A stretch of 64,000 nucleotides of DNA from Candidatus Nomurabacteria bacterium (GCA_026395965.1 JAPLXS010000012.1:115977-179976), one strand, 5' to 3'; shown: positions 29,716 through 38,546, counted from the first letter of the stretch. Numbers and translations are program-made. The notes: generated by a model from the letters alone, not told the origin.

Positions 29716-30642
29716 ATGTATGATTTATTAATTTTAGGAGGAGGTCCAGGAGGTACTGCTGCTGCAGTATATGCTGCACGAAAACAATTAAAAACTGCTA
29801 TTATCACAAATGAATTTGGTGGTCAGTCTATAGTTTCTGAAACAATATACAACTGGATAGGTACACCCGAGATTTCTGGATCTGAACTTGGAGCAAATTT
29901 TAAAAAACATATTCTTTATTATAAGGGTCCGTTTTTAGATATTATTGAAGGAGAAAAAATAGTAGAAATAACTAAAAATAATGACACTTTTATAGTAAAA
30001 TCAGAAACTAGTAAAACATTCGAAACAAAGGCTATTATAATAACAACTGGAAGTAGTAGACGAAAACTAGAAGCTATCAATGCCGATAAATTTGAGCACA
30101 AAGGTATTACTTATTGTGCATCATGTGATGGTCCTATGTTTGGAAACCAAGATGTGATAGTGATAGGAGGAGGTAATGCTGGATTCGAATCATCTGCTCA
30201 GTTGCTTGCTTATTGTAAGAGTGTGACTATGATACACAGAAATAATGATTTCAAGGCTGACCAAATAACAGTTAAAAAAGTTTTAGAAAATCCAAAATTT
30301 AAAGTTATTACCAATGCAGATGTATTAAAAATAGATGGAGAACAATTTGCAAACTCACTAACATATAAAGATAAAACTACGGGTATTGAAAATACAATTC
30401 CTACGGCTGGAATTTTCGTAGAAATAGGACAAATTCCAAATACTAGTTTTGTTAAAAATCTAGTAAACATAGATGAGATTGGCAAAATAATAGTAGACCC
30501 AATGACTCAAATGAGCTCAATCCCTGGTATTTGGGCAGCTGGTGATTGTACAAATGGTAAATATCATCAAAATAATATTGCTACTGGAGATGCAGTAAAA
30601 GCATTAGAAGACGCATATATTTGGATACATAAAAATAAATAA
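29716..30642 (+). CDS. trxB: Thioredoxin-disulfide reductase (TrxB/AhpF-like)
   Basis: GGGPGG FAD motif, redox CASCD, GGGNAG and GIWAAGD. Confidence 0.85.
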   Translation: MYDLLILGGGPGGTAAAVYAARKQLKTAIITNEFGGQSIVSETIYNWIGTPEISGSELGANFKKHILYYKGPFLDIIEGEKIVEITKNNDTFIVKSETSKTFETKAIIITTGSSRRKLEAINADKFEHKGITYCASCDGPMFGNQDVIVIGGGNAGFESSAQLLAYCKSVTMIHRNNDFKADQITVKKVLENPKFKVITNADVLKIDGEQFANSLTYKDKTTGIENTIPTAGIFVEIGQIPNTSFVKNLVNIDEIGKIIVDPMTQMSSIPGIWAAGDCTNGKYHQNNIATGDAVKALEDAYIWIHKNK

Positions 30643-30651
30643 AATAAAAAA

Positions 30652-30691
30652 TAGACGTTGGTCGCTAGTTATAGCAAATGACCAACGTCTA
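30652..30691. terminator. Bidirectional terminator between trxB and the GlmU-N gene (TTGG-family arms)
   Basis: TAGACGTTGGTC...GACCAACGTCTA flanked by A and T tracts. Confidence 0.7.
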
Positions 30692-30700
30692 TTTTTTTAT

Positions 30701-31462
30701 TTATATTAAATCTTGATTAGCAATCAAACCTTCAAGTATCTCTAACTCTTCTTTTGTATTTGGCTGAAAACCTTCTATTATATTTTTAACTGAAACAGCT
30801 TCTATGTGCTTACCTTCTTGACTTGCTATTTTTACTAAATCAGTTAAATAATATTCACATTGAGCATTCTCATTTTTTAATTTATCTATATTTTTCCAAA
30901 GCCATACAGAGTCAAATGCGTATAAAGCAGGATTCACTTCATGTATTTCTTTTTCTTTATCATTTGCATCTTTGTATTCTACTATACCTGATACCTTACC
31001 ATTTTTATCTCGCAATACTCTGCCAAAATTTATTAGCCCAGCTCGCCAATCCTTAAAATCGGGAAGAACAACAGTCCCTAGGGTAATAATTGCATTTGTA
31101 TTTTTATGTGTATTTATAATATCTTGAATTGTATCCTTTGATATCAAAGGTTGATCAGTAGATAATATAACAATTATTTTATGGTCTGGATGAGTAGAAT
31201 CTTTAGCACAAAGAACAGCATGTCCTGTTCCAAGTTGATCCTCTTGATTAGCATAGTTATGACCATGTCCCAATACATCAAAAATACGCTGTTTCTTATG
31301 ACCTACAACTATAACTGGATCTATCTCTAAATTTAAATGAGATACTGTATCTAATATATGCTTTAAAAAAGGCTTACCCGCAAGCATAGCAAGTGCTTTA
31401 GGATCATCTGATTCCATTCTTTTACCTTTACCTGCTGCTAATATAATTATTTGTGTATTCAT
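30701..31462 (-). CDS. NTP-sugar pyrophosphorylase, GlmU N-terminal domain only
   Basis: [26 protein letters not shown] and EYYLTD; no hexapeptide acetyltransferase domain. Confidence 0.85.
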   Translation of the reverse strand: MNTQIIILAAGKGKRMESDDPKALAMLAGKPFLKHILDTVSHLNLEIDPVIVVGHKKQRIFDVLGHGHNYANQEDQLGTGHAVLCAKDSTHPDHKIIVILSTDQPLISKDTIQDIINTHKNTNAIITLGTVVLPDFKDWRAGLINFGRVLRDKNGKVSGIVEYKDANDKEKEIHEVNPALYAFDSVWLWKNIDKLKNENAQCEYYLTDLVKIASQEGKHIEAVSVKNIIEGFQPNTKEELEILEGLIANQDLI

Positions 31463-31502
31463 AGAAAAATTGAGATAAAATTTTAATTAAAAAGATGGAG
31501 AA

Positions 31503-31671
31503 TTCATACAGAACCGCAATTAAGCAGGTAGAACCCTGTGTATGATTTGAATACTACCTATTCGGGTACTTTTCAATTTGCAAAGCAAATAATGAAAAGT
31601 CTTTCAAATCCCTCACGCATGTGAAGCAGTTCACATGCTACCGCGCACAAAAATTGCATTAGCAATTTTTG
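31503..31671. other. Structured tRNA-Val-associated module containing an inverted copy of the tRNA 3' end
   Basis: TTCAAATCCCTCA (31603-15) and ACCGCGCAC (31640-48) mirror the tRNA T-arm and acceptor, split by the hairpin GCATGTGAA-GCAG-TTCACATGC. An 18-bp perfect stem (31640-57/31662-79) runs into the tRNA; more hairpins lie at 31503-31600. Confidence 0.7.
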
Positions 31672-31744
31672 TGCGCGGTGAGGGATTTGAACCCCCGACA
31701 TCGTCAACGTCAATGACGCGCTCTACCAACTGAGCTAACCGCGC
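31672..31744 (-). tRNA. tRNA-Val(GAC)
   Basis: GCGCGGTTAGCTCAGTTGGTAGAGCGCGTCATTGACGTTGACGATGTCGGGGGTTCAAATCCCTCACCGCGCA; anticodon arm CGTCA-TTGACGT-TGACG; CCA not encoded. Confidence 0.95.
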
Positions 31745-31841
31745 AAGCTTTTATATTTTAAATGAAATTATAATTTTAAACTACACTACAATGCTTTTTC
31801 CACCAAGACAGCATAACCGCGCAAACTTATTCTTTACAAAG

Positions 31842-31928
31842 CGGAGGGTACAGGATTTGAACCTGTGATCCTCTTACGAGGATTACGCTTTTCGAAAGCG
31901 GTGCATTCAACCTCTCTGCCAACCCTCC
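31842..31928 (-). tRNA. tRNA-Ser(CGA)
   Basis: GGAGGGTTGGCAGAGAGGTTGAATGCACCGCTTTCGAAAAGCG-long variable arm AATCCTCGTAAGAGGATC-ACAGGTTCAAATCCTGTACCCTCCG. Confidence 0.92.
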
Positions 31929-32029
31929 GCTTTATACAGGATGAAAGCAGTATATTCAATTTATCAATCATTCAATCTTAAATATACTTTCTTAAGTATA
32001 CAAGAAATTTATTATATACTCAACACATT

Positions 32030-32117
32030 TAGACGTTGGACATCTAGAAAAATAAAATATAAACCCTTATAAAATAAGGATAATTATCTCTTAGACGTCC
32101 AACGTCTAAGAGATAAT
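32030..32117. repeat. Two 17-bp TTGGA-loop quasi-palindromes in inverted orientation; the second sits in a longer hairpin after gpmI
   Basis: TAGACGTTGGACATCTA (32030-46) and TAGACGTCCAACGTCTA (32092-108), the latter inside ATTATCTCTTAGACG-TCCAA-CGTCTAAGAGATAAT. Confidence 0.75.
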
Positions 32118-32118
32118 A

Positions 32119-33627
32119 CTATTTTACAAGACTCTCCCCTGTCATATCTATTGGTTTTTTTAGTCCAAATATTTGCAAAATAGTAGGTGCAACATCCGCC
32201 AGTATTCCAGTATCTTTTAGTTTAATATTCATATCTGTACAAATAAATGGAACTGGATCACTAGTATGAGAAGTATGCCTAAGTCCTGAAATCGGGTCGA
32301 TATTTATTTCAGCATTTCCATGATCAGCTGTTATACAAGCTACTCCTCCATTTATAGTAAGTGCTTCTAGGATTCTACCCAATTCTTTATCTATTTCCTC
32401 TACTGCAGTTATAATAGCTGGCACTTCTGCGGTGTGTCCCACCATATCTGCATTTGCAAAGTTTACCAAAATAAAATCAGTACCGTTTTTAATTTGTTCT
32501 ATAACTTTATCTGCTATTTGTTCTGCTCCCATTTTGGGAGCCAGATCATAGGTTTTTATGTCTTTGCGGCTAGGTATTAGAATATGCTCTTCTCCTTTAT
32601 AGCAACCTTCGGCACCACCATTAAAGAAATATGTAACATGTGCAAATTTCTCTGTTTCTGCGATGTGTGCTTGTTTTAGACCAGATTCAGAAATCTCTTT
32701 TGCTAAAGTTGTATTTATTTTGATTGGTGGATAAGCTACCAATGTAGGGTATTCCTCACCATAATTTGTCATTGTAGCAAAACAAATATTTTCTTCTTTT
32801 TGTTTTTCAATTATTTTTGAGGTAAGTTGTCTTGACCTATCTGCTCTATAGTTAAAAAAGAATACTCCGTCATTTTTTTGTAAAAAATATTTTTCACCAT
32901 TTTCCCCTTCACAAACAAATGGAACTAGGTATTCATCTACTTTTCCTTCCTTATATAAATTTTCTACATATAAAGATGGTTCGATATTACAAATATCTCC
33001 CTTCCCTTCAAAAATAACTTCTTCTGCTTTTTTTAATCTATCCCAATTTTTGTCTCTATCCATAGCATAGAAACGACCAGAAACTGAGGCAATATTTCCC
33101 ACTCCTATTTCTTTTATTTTATCTTCTAATTCTTTTATATATAAAGCAGCGCTCTGTGGTGGAGTATCTCTTCCATCAGTAAATACATGTACTGCTACTT
33201 TTAAAACATTCTTTTCTTTTGCTGCCTTTAAAAAAGCAAATAAATGTGACATGTGACTATGAACACCTCCATCAGAAAGAAGCCCCATCACATGCAGAGT
33301 AGAGTTATTATTTTTTACATGGTCAAAAAGAGTTTCAAAAACAGTATTTGAATAAAATGAACCATCGTTGATATCTTTATAAATCCTGACTAAATCTTGG
33401 TCTAAAACTTTGCCTGCTCCCATGGCCATATGACCTACTTCACTATTTCCCATTTGACCATCAGGAAGCCCTACAGCAAGCCCAGAAGCGCTCAAAAGAG
33501 CATGTGGGTAAGTATTCCACAGATTGTCATATATCGGCTTTTTTGCCTGAAAAATCGCATTATCTTTATGTTCTTCTCTGTATCCCCAACCATCTAGAAC
33601 AATAAGAGCTACTTGTTTTTTATTCAT
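32119..33627 (-). CDS. gpmI: 2,3-bisphosphoglycerate-independent phosphoglycerate mutase
   Basis: LDGWG, MGNSEVGH, GGVHSH, DGRD, GRFYAMDRD, NADMVGHT and TADHGNAE. Confidence 0.97.
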   Translation of the reverse strand: MNKKQVALIVLDGWGYREEHKDNAIFQAKKPIYDNLWNTYPHALLSASGLAVGLPDGQMGNSEVGHMAMGAGKVLDQDLVRIYKDINDGSFYSNTVFETLFDHVKNNNSTLHVMGLLSDGGVHSHMSHLFAFLKAAKEKNVLKVAVHVFTDGRDTPPQSAALYIKELEDKIKEIGVGNIASVSGRFYAMDRDKNWDRLKKAEEVIFEGKGDICNIEPSLYVENLYKEGKVDEYLVPFVCEGENGEKYFLQKNDGVFFFNYRADRSRQLTSKIIEKQKEENICFATMTNYGEEYPTLVAYPPIKINTTLAKEISESGLKQAHIAETEKFAHVTYFFNGGAEGCYKGEEHILIPSRKDIKTYDLAPKMGAEQIADKVIEQIKNGTDFILVNFANADMVGHTAEVPAIITAVEEIDKELGRILEALTINGGVACITADHGNAEINIDPISGLRHTSHTSDPVPFICTDMNIKLKDTGILADVAPTILQIFGLKKPIDMTGESLVK

Positions 33628-33777
33628 TATGTTTAATGCAGGTCAATGCTAGTTTAAAACTAACTTAAATCTACTATTGTTAAATTAATCATATATTCCA
33701 TATTATTTACAATAACTTATGTATATAATCGGATTTGTAAGACTATTATAACAAATTATATGATTTTTGTATTTAGA

Positions 33778-34719
33778 TTATTTTTTAAAAAATAATTCTC
33801 TTAAATCGTTTATTTCTTTTTTTAATTGGGATATTTTTAAAACATTGCTTGACAAGTTTTTATTAATTTTTTCTAATTCTTTTGTTTTTGAGATAAGTTG
33901 TTCTTGTATATTGATTTTTGATTCATTTGTTTTATTTAATATGTCCTCAAACATATTTTTTAATTCCCCAATTTCATTATCACTAGAAGGAAAGATTTCC
34001 AAATTTTTTTCATTTTGCAACATATTCGATAAAGACAATATAGAAGTAGAGATTACTTTATTTAAACGTAACCCAACCAAAGTTGCCAATAATCCAGACA
34101 ATAAAAAGATAATCAGATATATTGCAAATATGCTTTTTTCTTTACTTACAATATCTGATGCTTTTATATCTATACCCAACACACCCTCTATTTTACCGTC
34201 TTTATCATAAAATGGAGCATATCCAGAATACCATGTACCCCATTTATCAGTTGTAAAATTATCTTCTGTTACTGTATTTTTAATAGTTGAAAAATTATTT
34301 TTGAGAAATGGACTAGCGTCATCGTAAACATCACCAAGATGAGAAACATTTATTGGGCTTTCTTCTGCATCCACAATAAAAGATACATCTTTATTTTCAT
34401 TCTCACGCATTGTATATATATAATAAATATCTTTAGAACTATTGCGTATTTTTTGGAGAGTTGTCTTTATATCTTTATATGCTTGAGTACTTTCATCGGC
34501 TCTTGTTTTTAGTGAGCTATGTTTTTCTGCATCAACTTGCAATACTGCCATACTTACCATAGTAGATAAATGCATTTTTAGATCTTCTCTGCTAACTTTT
34601 AGAAAATATGAATAAGAAAAAAAAGAAATTAGACCCATTAATATTATAGAAGATAGTATTAAAGTAATTGTAATTTTTGTTCTAATCTTAAAGTATTTTT
34701 TAAGTTTTAAATTTTCCAT
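33778..34719 (-). CDS. Two-TM Cache-like sensor with HAMP/coiled-coil tail and no output domain
   Basis: TM-extracytoplasmic domain (YIYTM...DKWGTWYSGYAPFYDKDGKIEGVLGID)-TM, a HAMP-like NEIGELKNMF and a terminal coiled coil. Confidence 0.65.
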   Translation of the reverse strand: MENLKLKKYFKIRTKITITLILSSIILMGLISFFSYSYFLKVSREDLKMHLSTMVSMAVLQVDAEKHSSLKTRADESTQAYKDIKTTLQKIRNSSKDIYYIYTMRENENKDVSFIVDAEESPINVSHLGDVYDDASPFLKNNFSTIKNTVTEDNFTTDKWGTWYSGYAPFYDKDGKIEGVLGIDIKASDIVSKEKSIFAIYLIIFLLSGLLATLVGLRLNKVISTSILSLSNMLQNEKNLEIFPSSDNEIGELKNMFEDILNKTNESKINIQEQLISKTKELEKINKNLSSNVLKISQLKKEINDLRELFFKK

Positions 34720-34892
34720 ATTTATTTATTAGATATATTATATATCTAAATTTAGCGAATAAAATAAAAAGTAATAACATTAATATTATACACCCGTCAA
34801 ATTTATAAATAAAGCATAATATACACCACAATATGGTAAAAAATAAAAGCTGATTTGCTACGCAAATCAGCTTTTTGATTTAAGTAATTTAT

Positions 34893-35153
34893 TTAAATTA
34901 CCTTTTTTTGTTTTTTGATATAATTTAAAAATAATATTATTGTTAAAATAAAAAATATAACTACAATAATTTTATTATCTTTAAATATATTCAATAAAGG
35001 AGCAAGGATTTCAATTTTTTCTTTTGAAGTTATATAAACAAGAATATACAAGAAGCATACACCTGCCATACTACCCAAAATAAAAATATTAACAAATACG
35101 AATAAAAGTTTTGTAATACCTACAAAACAGTTATATATTTTTATTAAATTCAT
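34893..35153 (-). CDS. Small two-TM hypothetical protein
   Basis: Two hydrophobic segments; its own terminator at 34845-34876 and a TTGACA box at ~35265-35270. Confidence 0.5.
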   Translation of the reverse strand: MNLIKIYNCFVGITKLLFVFVNIFILGSMAGVCFLYILVYITSKEKIEILAPLLNIFKDNKIIVVIFFILTIILFLNYIKKQKKVI

Positions 35154-35333
35154 AATATCAAGTTTTATTAGTTAATTTGAGCAATAGATACCTTGTATCT
35201 GTTATTCAAATTAACCAATATTCCATAATACACTTTTTATTATATTATCACACATATAGTAATGTGTCAAAATAATTTAATCAAAAAAATAATATAAAAA
35301 TTAAATCCCCTACTTATGTAAGGGATTTTTTGT

Positions 35334-35996
35334 TTAACAAATTTTAATTTTTTCGTTTTTATTAAAAAATGAAAAAATAAATTTATCTTTAATTTCTTCT
35401 TTTTGCTTCGAAGTAATAACACCAGGAAAGATATTGCAATATTGGTCTAATATGAACTTATTATAACAATAAAATTTAATTGAATGATCACTTACCATAT
35501 TTGTTATACGCATAAGCAAATCCAATCTTTGATAAGTAGACATTGGAATATGCTTAAGTAAAGAGCAATAAAGATTACAAATTAAATTAGGTTGAAATAA
35601 CGATAAACCGCTCCAGATATATTTTGATTTTTTATTATAATCTAATAATGATTTATATATCCCTTCAATAAAAGGAATATAGTAATCGCAGGGCTTAGTC
35701 GAATTTTGCAAATGATAATCAAATATATCTGCAATATTACTATAAATACTAACATCATATACATGACCACTACTTTTATAATTTGAATCTTTCAAGCTAT
35801 TTTCGAGCAATTTTTCACCTCCAGCATATGATAATATCAACAATTCAATATGTTCTGGTTTCAGAGAGTCGCTATTTAAAATTGATTTTATTTTATTTTT
35901 ATTATTTTGAGATAGACCTACAAAAGGACTCTCAAAAAGAACGCATTTTTCTAACTCAACCATAGCTATCTCGTGGTTTTCTATTTTTTCTATCAT
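35334..35996 (-). CDS. Hypothetical protein (ORFan)
   Basis: 220-aa ORF; upstream TTGACA-17-TAATAT (36022-36050) and a downstream hairpin (35303-35331). Confidence 0.6.
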   Translation of the reverse strand: MIEKIENHEIAMVELEKCVLFESPFVGLSQNNKNKIKSILNSDSLKPEHIELLILSYAGGEKLLENSLKDSNYKSSGHVYDVSIYSNIADIFDYHLQNSTKPCDYYIPFIEGIYKSLLDYNKKSKYIWSGLSLFQPNLICNLYCSLLKHIPMSTYQRLDLLMRITNMVSDHSIKFYCYNKFILDQYCNIFPGVITSKQKEEIKDKFIFSFFNKNEKIKIC

Positions 35997-36071
35997 TTTC
36001 TATATTTTTAAATTTTGATTTATATTACAAATAAAATAGAGTCATGTCAAATTATACATAATATAGACAAG

Positions 36072-36245
36072 CTTTTCGATTCTCCTCACGGTTCGATTTA
36101 CTAATCGCCGGATGAGAAGCAAGCAGTTGCTTCTCATAGGGCCACAAAAGAAAAGAGCCCCACATTCGTGGGGCTCTTTTTCTACGCGTGAGCCTAGTCG
36201 AGATGCGACCATGGAATTCATTATCGTGTAAGGCTTGTTTTAACT
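36072..36245. repeat. tRNA-Glu-associated structured module 1 (left-truncated)
   Basis: 43-bp exact repeat with 38061-38103; hairpin TGAGAAGCAA-GCAG-TTGCTTCTCA; TAGGGCCACA acceptor mirror; terminator-like GAGCCCCAC/GTGGGGCTC; degenerate tRNA 3' copy starting at 36188. Confidence 0.65.
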
Positions 36246-36334
36246 ATTTGCTATTATATATTTACCCTTCTCGAGAGATAAAATTAATTAAAAGTATAAT
36301 TATATTGCTATATTGTTGTTACTTTTATATAATT

Positions 36335-36589
36335 ATGAATATGGAAAAGTTTAAACCACAAATAAATAATAATATTGAAAATAAAGAATCGCCGGAAGAA
36401 AAACATTCAAAATGGAAAAAAGAAGCGAGGGTATTATTAGAAGGTATTGGATTTTCTACTGGTGTTATTGTGTCATTAAGTCTTATTGAAAGATATTTTG
36501 GAATTGATTTAACATCGAATGCAATAAATTTATCTGCTGTTATATCATCTATGACATATATGGGTATTAGACGCGAAAATTTGAAATAA
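36335..36589 (+). CDS. Small membrane hypothetical protein
   Basis: MNMEKFKPQINNNIENKES, followed by two hydrophobic segments. The track's longer start at 36188 lies inside the repeat module and is unlikely. Confidence 0.55.
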   Translation: MNMEKFKPQINNNIENKESPEEKHSKWKKEARVLLEGIGFSTGVIVSLSLIERYFGIDLTSNAINLSAVISSMTYMGIRRENLK

Positions 36590-36590
36590 A

Positions 36591-36881
36591 ATGATAAATA
36601 TAAATGAAATTAAAATAAAATTAAAAGAATTAGGTTTTAAAGATGAAAGTGTCGATACTATTATTTATGATGTCATTCAAGTTATTTTAGCTAAGTCGTT
36701 TGGATCATGTCTCTTGAAATTTCCGGAGAATGAGCAGTCTAAATTAAAGAAATTTTCAATAAATGAATTTGAAGAATATATAGAAAAGAATAAGGATAAA
36801 TTACCAGAATTTTCAGGTGAAGAATTTAAAAATATTTATAATGAAACTTGGAAAAACTATTTTGATACTATCTCAAAATAG
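36591..36881 (+). CDS. Small acidic/helical hypothetical protein
   Basis: 96-aa ORF starting 1 nt after the previous stop. Confidence 0.55.
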   Translation: MININEIKIKLKELGFKDESVDTIIYDVIQVILAKSFGSCLLKFPENEQSKLKKFSINEFEEYIEKNKDKLPEFSGEEFKNIYNETWKNYFDTISK

Positions 36882-36934
36882 TTTTAAATCGTCCAAATTT
36901 TAGCCTTATCGAGAGCTCGAATTAGCTTTCGACT

Positions 36935-37195
36935 TGGTGACCCTACCGGGAACGGCATTAGCCTTATCTCCCTCGACTAAAACTTTTTATCAAAAAAGTT
37001 TTGTCTGGGCACCAGCTCATCTATTTTTCTTACTAGAAAAATATGATTCCGCTGTTCGATTCCCGAACACAAGCAAAGCAGTTTGCTTGCTCAGGGTCAC
37101 AAATTAAAAAATCTGCCTTACAGCAGATTTTTTAATTTGTGACCCTAGGGAGTTCAAATTGGAATCTTATTGTATATCAGATAAAGGGTTTTAAG
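36935..37195. repeat. tRNA-Glu-associated structured module 2
   Basis: att-like copy at 36935-52; internal hairpins; GTTCGATTCCCG + CAAGCAAA-GCAG-TTTGCTTG + AGGGTCAC mirror; perfect 24-bp stem 37093-37116/37123-37146. Confidence 0.75.
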
Positions 37196-37346
37196 GATAT
37201 TCTCGCCTGTTTATTAGATAAAACCTGAGTTTGTATCAATACAATAATAGATATTTTGGAAAATAAAAAAATCTGATCAATTTGATCAGATTTTAAAATA
37301 CTCTTTTTTCACGAACCAAGATAACATATTGTAGTACCAATAGGAT

Positions 37347-37895
37347 TTAATATAGATTTAACAATATATATATATTAGGAATTATAGTTTTAGAAAAACC
37401 ATTTATTTCTAAGAGAGTTTTTAAGGACTTCTTAGGAGTGAAAGATATATCATTTACTTTGACAATATCTATTCTTTCTTTCCAATCTACTTCATGAATC
37501 CAATCATAAAAACAATTCCTACGATAATGTTTATAAGCGAAATAACTTCTAGTTTCTTTTTGTTCATCTTCCTTGTATGGATTAAGTAGGACAGTTTCAA
37601 GTAAATACATAACATTTGGTATGTATTCATCAAGTTTTTTAAAGGTTCCTTGATACTCAAGATTAACTTGGTTATCATTTCCATATTCCTTATTTAAAGT
37701 TTCCATCATAATCTTTATTAAACTTTTACTATCTAAATAGGATTGATTCTCTTCCAAATCAATACCAAGAAAAATAAAATAATAAGATAAGGGTCCTTCT
37801 GTGGATTGGAGATGTAATAATTTTATTTCTGAAGGATCAAAAAATAAACCTAAAGACTTCGTAAGTTTAGTTGTAATATTTTCTTTTATTTTCAT
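37347..37895 (-). CDS. Hypothetical protein (ORFan)
   Basis: 182-aa ORF between modules 2 and 3, with its own downstream hairpin ATCTGATCAA-T-TTGATCAGAT (~37271-37291). Confidence 0.6.
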   Translation of the reverse strand: MKIKENITTKLTKSLGLFFDPSEIKLLHLQSTEGPLSYYFIFLGIDLEENQSYLDSKSLIKIMMETLNKEYGNDNQVNLEYQGTFKKLDEYIPNVMYLLETVLLNPYKEDEQKETRSYFAYKHYRRNCFYDWIHEVDWKERIDIVKVNDISFTPKKSLKTLLEINGFSKTIIPNIYILLNLY

Positions 37896-38019
37896 CTTCT
37901 TATATTTAAATTGGTTATCACAAATCTCCTAAAAGACCTCTGATAACCAATCAAATATAAATTTGAAAGAACAGTAACATTAAGCAAACAATAACATTAT
38001 TATATATACTCGTCAATCT

Positions 38020-38430
38020 GTGACCCTACCGGGATATCTTTCTCTACGAGAACAGTATACCTTTTCGATTCTCCTCACGGTTCGATTTACTAATCGCCGG
38101 ATGCGAGACCGGGACCGTGAGTACACTTATCGAACCTTACAGGTTCAGTACACCTTTTCCGTTCGTGAGTACACTCATAATGAAGAACTTTTTAACTCCC
38201 GGGAACCATGATTACATGTTCGGTCGCTCATAATTTTCTGCTGAAAATTTGTGCGACCCCGCCTCAGCTCGTCAGCTTCCGGCTTTCGATTTTTTAAAAT
38301 ATAAATACTTTTATATTTTAAAATCACAAATTAAAAAACCCGACCTTTCAGTCGGAGCTTTTTAATTTGTGAACGTTTAAGTAATAGAACCCATGCAATT
38401 TATTACCCCGCAAGGTTGTTTTTAATAATC
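38020..38430. repeat. tRNA-Glu-associated structured module 3
   Basis: 15-bp att-like copy GTGACCCTACCGGGA (38020-34); GC-rich nested hairpins; TCACAAATTAAAAAA...TTTTTAATTTGTGA stem shared with module 2; degenerate tRNA 3' copy at 38369-38392. Confidence 0.7.
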
Positions 38431-38546
38431 TGACTTTTACATTTTAACCCTTCTCGTGCGACTATAAAAAGTGACAAAAGTGACACATCTTGAGATATAA
38501 TTATTACACCCAGGTGTCACTTTATTTAATATGATATAATGAAAAT

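Noticed and set aside
31672-31928. Introns or split genes in the tRNAs
   Set aside because: All three tRNAs fold as uninterrupted cloverleaves; the extra half-copies are degenerate and not needed to complete them
36188-36334. N-terminal extension of the 36188-36589 ORF
   Set aside because: The GTG start lies in the degenerate tRNA copy; a TATAAT box and ATG near 36335 fit better
38020-38211. 63-aa ORF beginning at the att-like repeat
   Set aside because: It coincides with a GC-rich hairpin module, and its peptide repeats (QYTFS, REYT) simply reflect DNA repeats
36072-38430. Repeats as a CRISPR array
   Set aside because: The copies are few, degenerate, irregularly spaced (200-900 bp) and derived from tRNA-Glu, with genes between them
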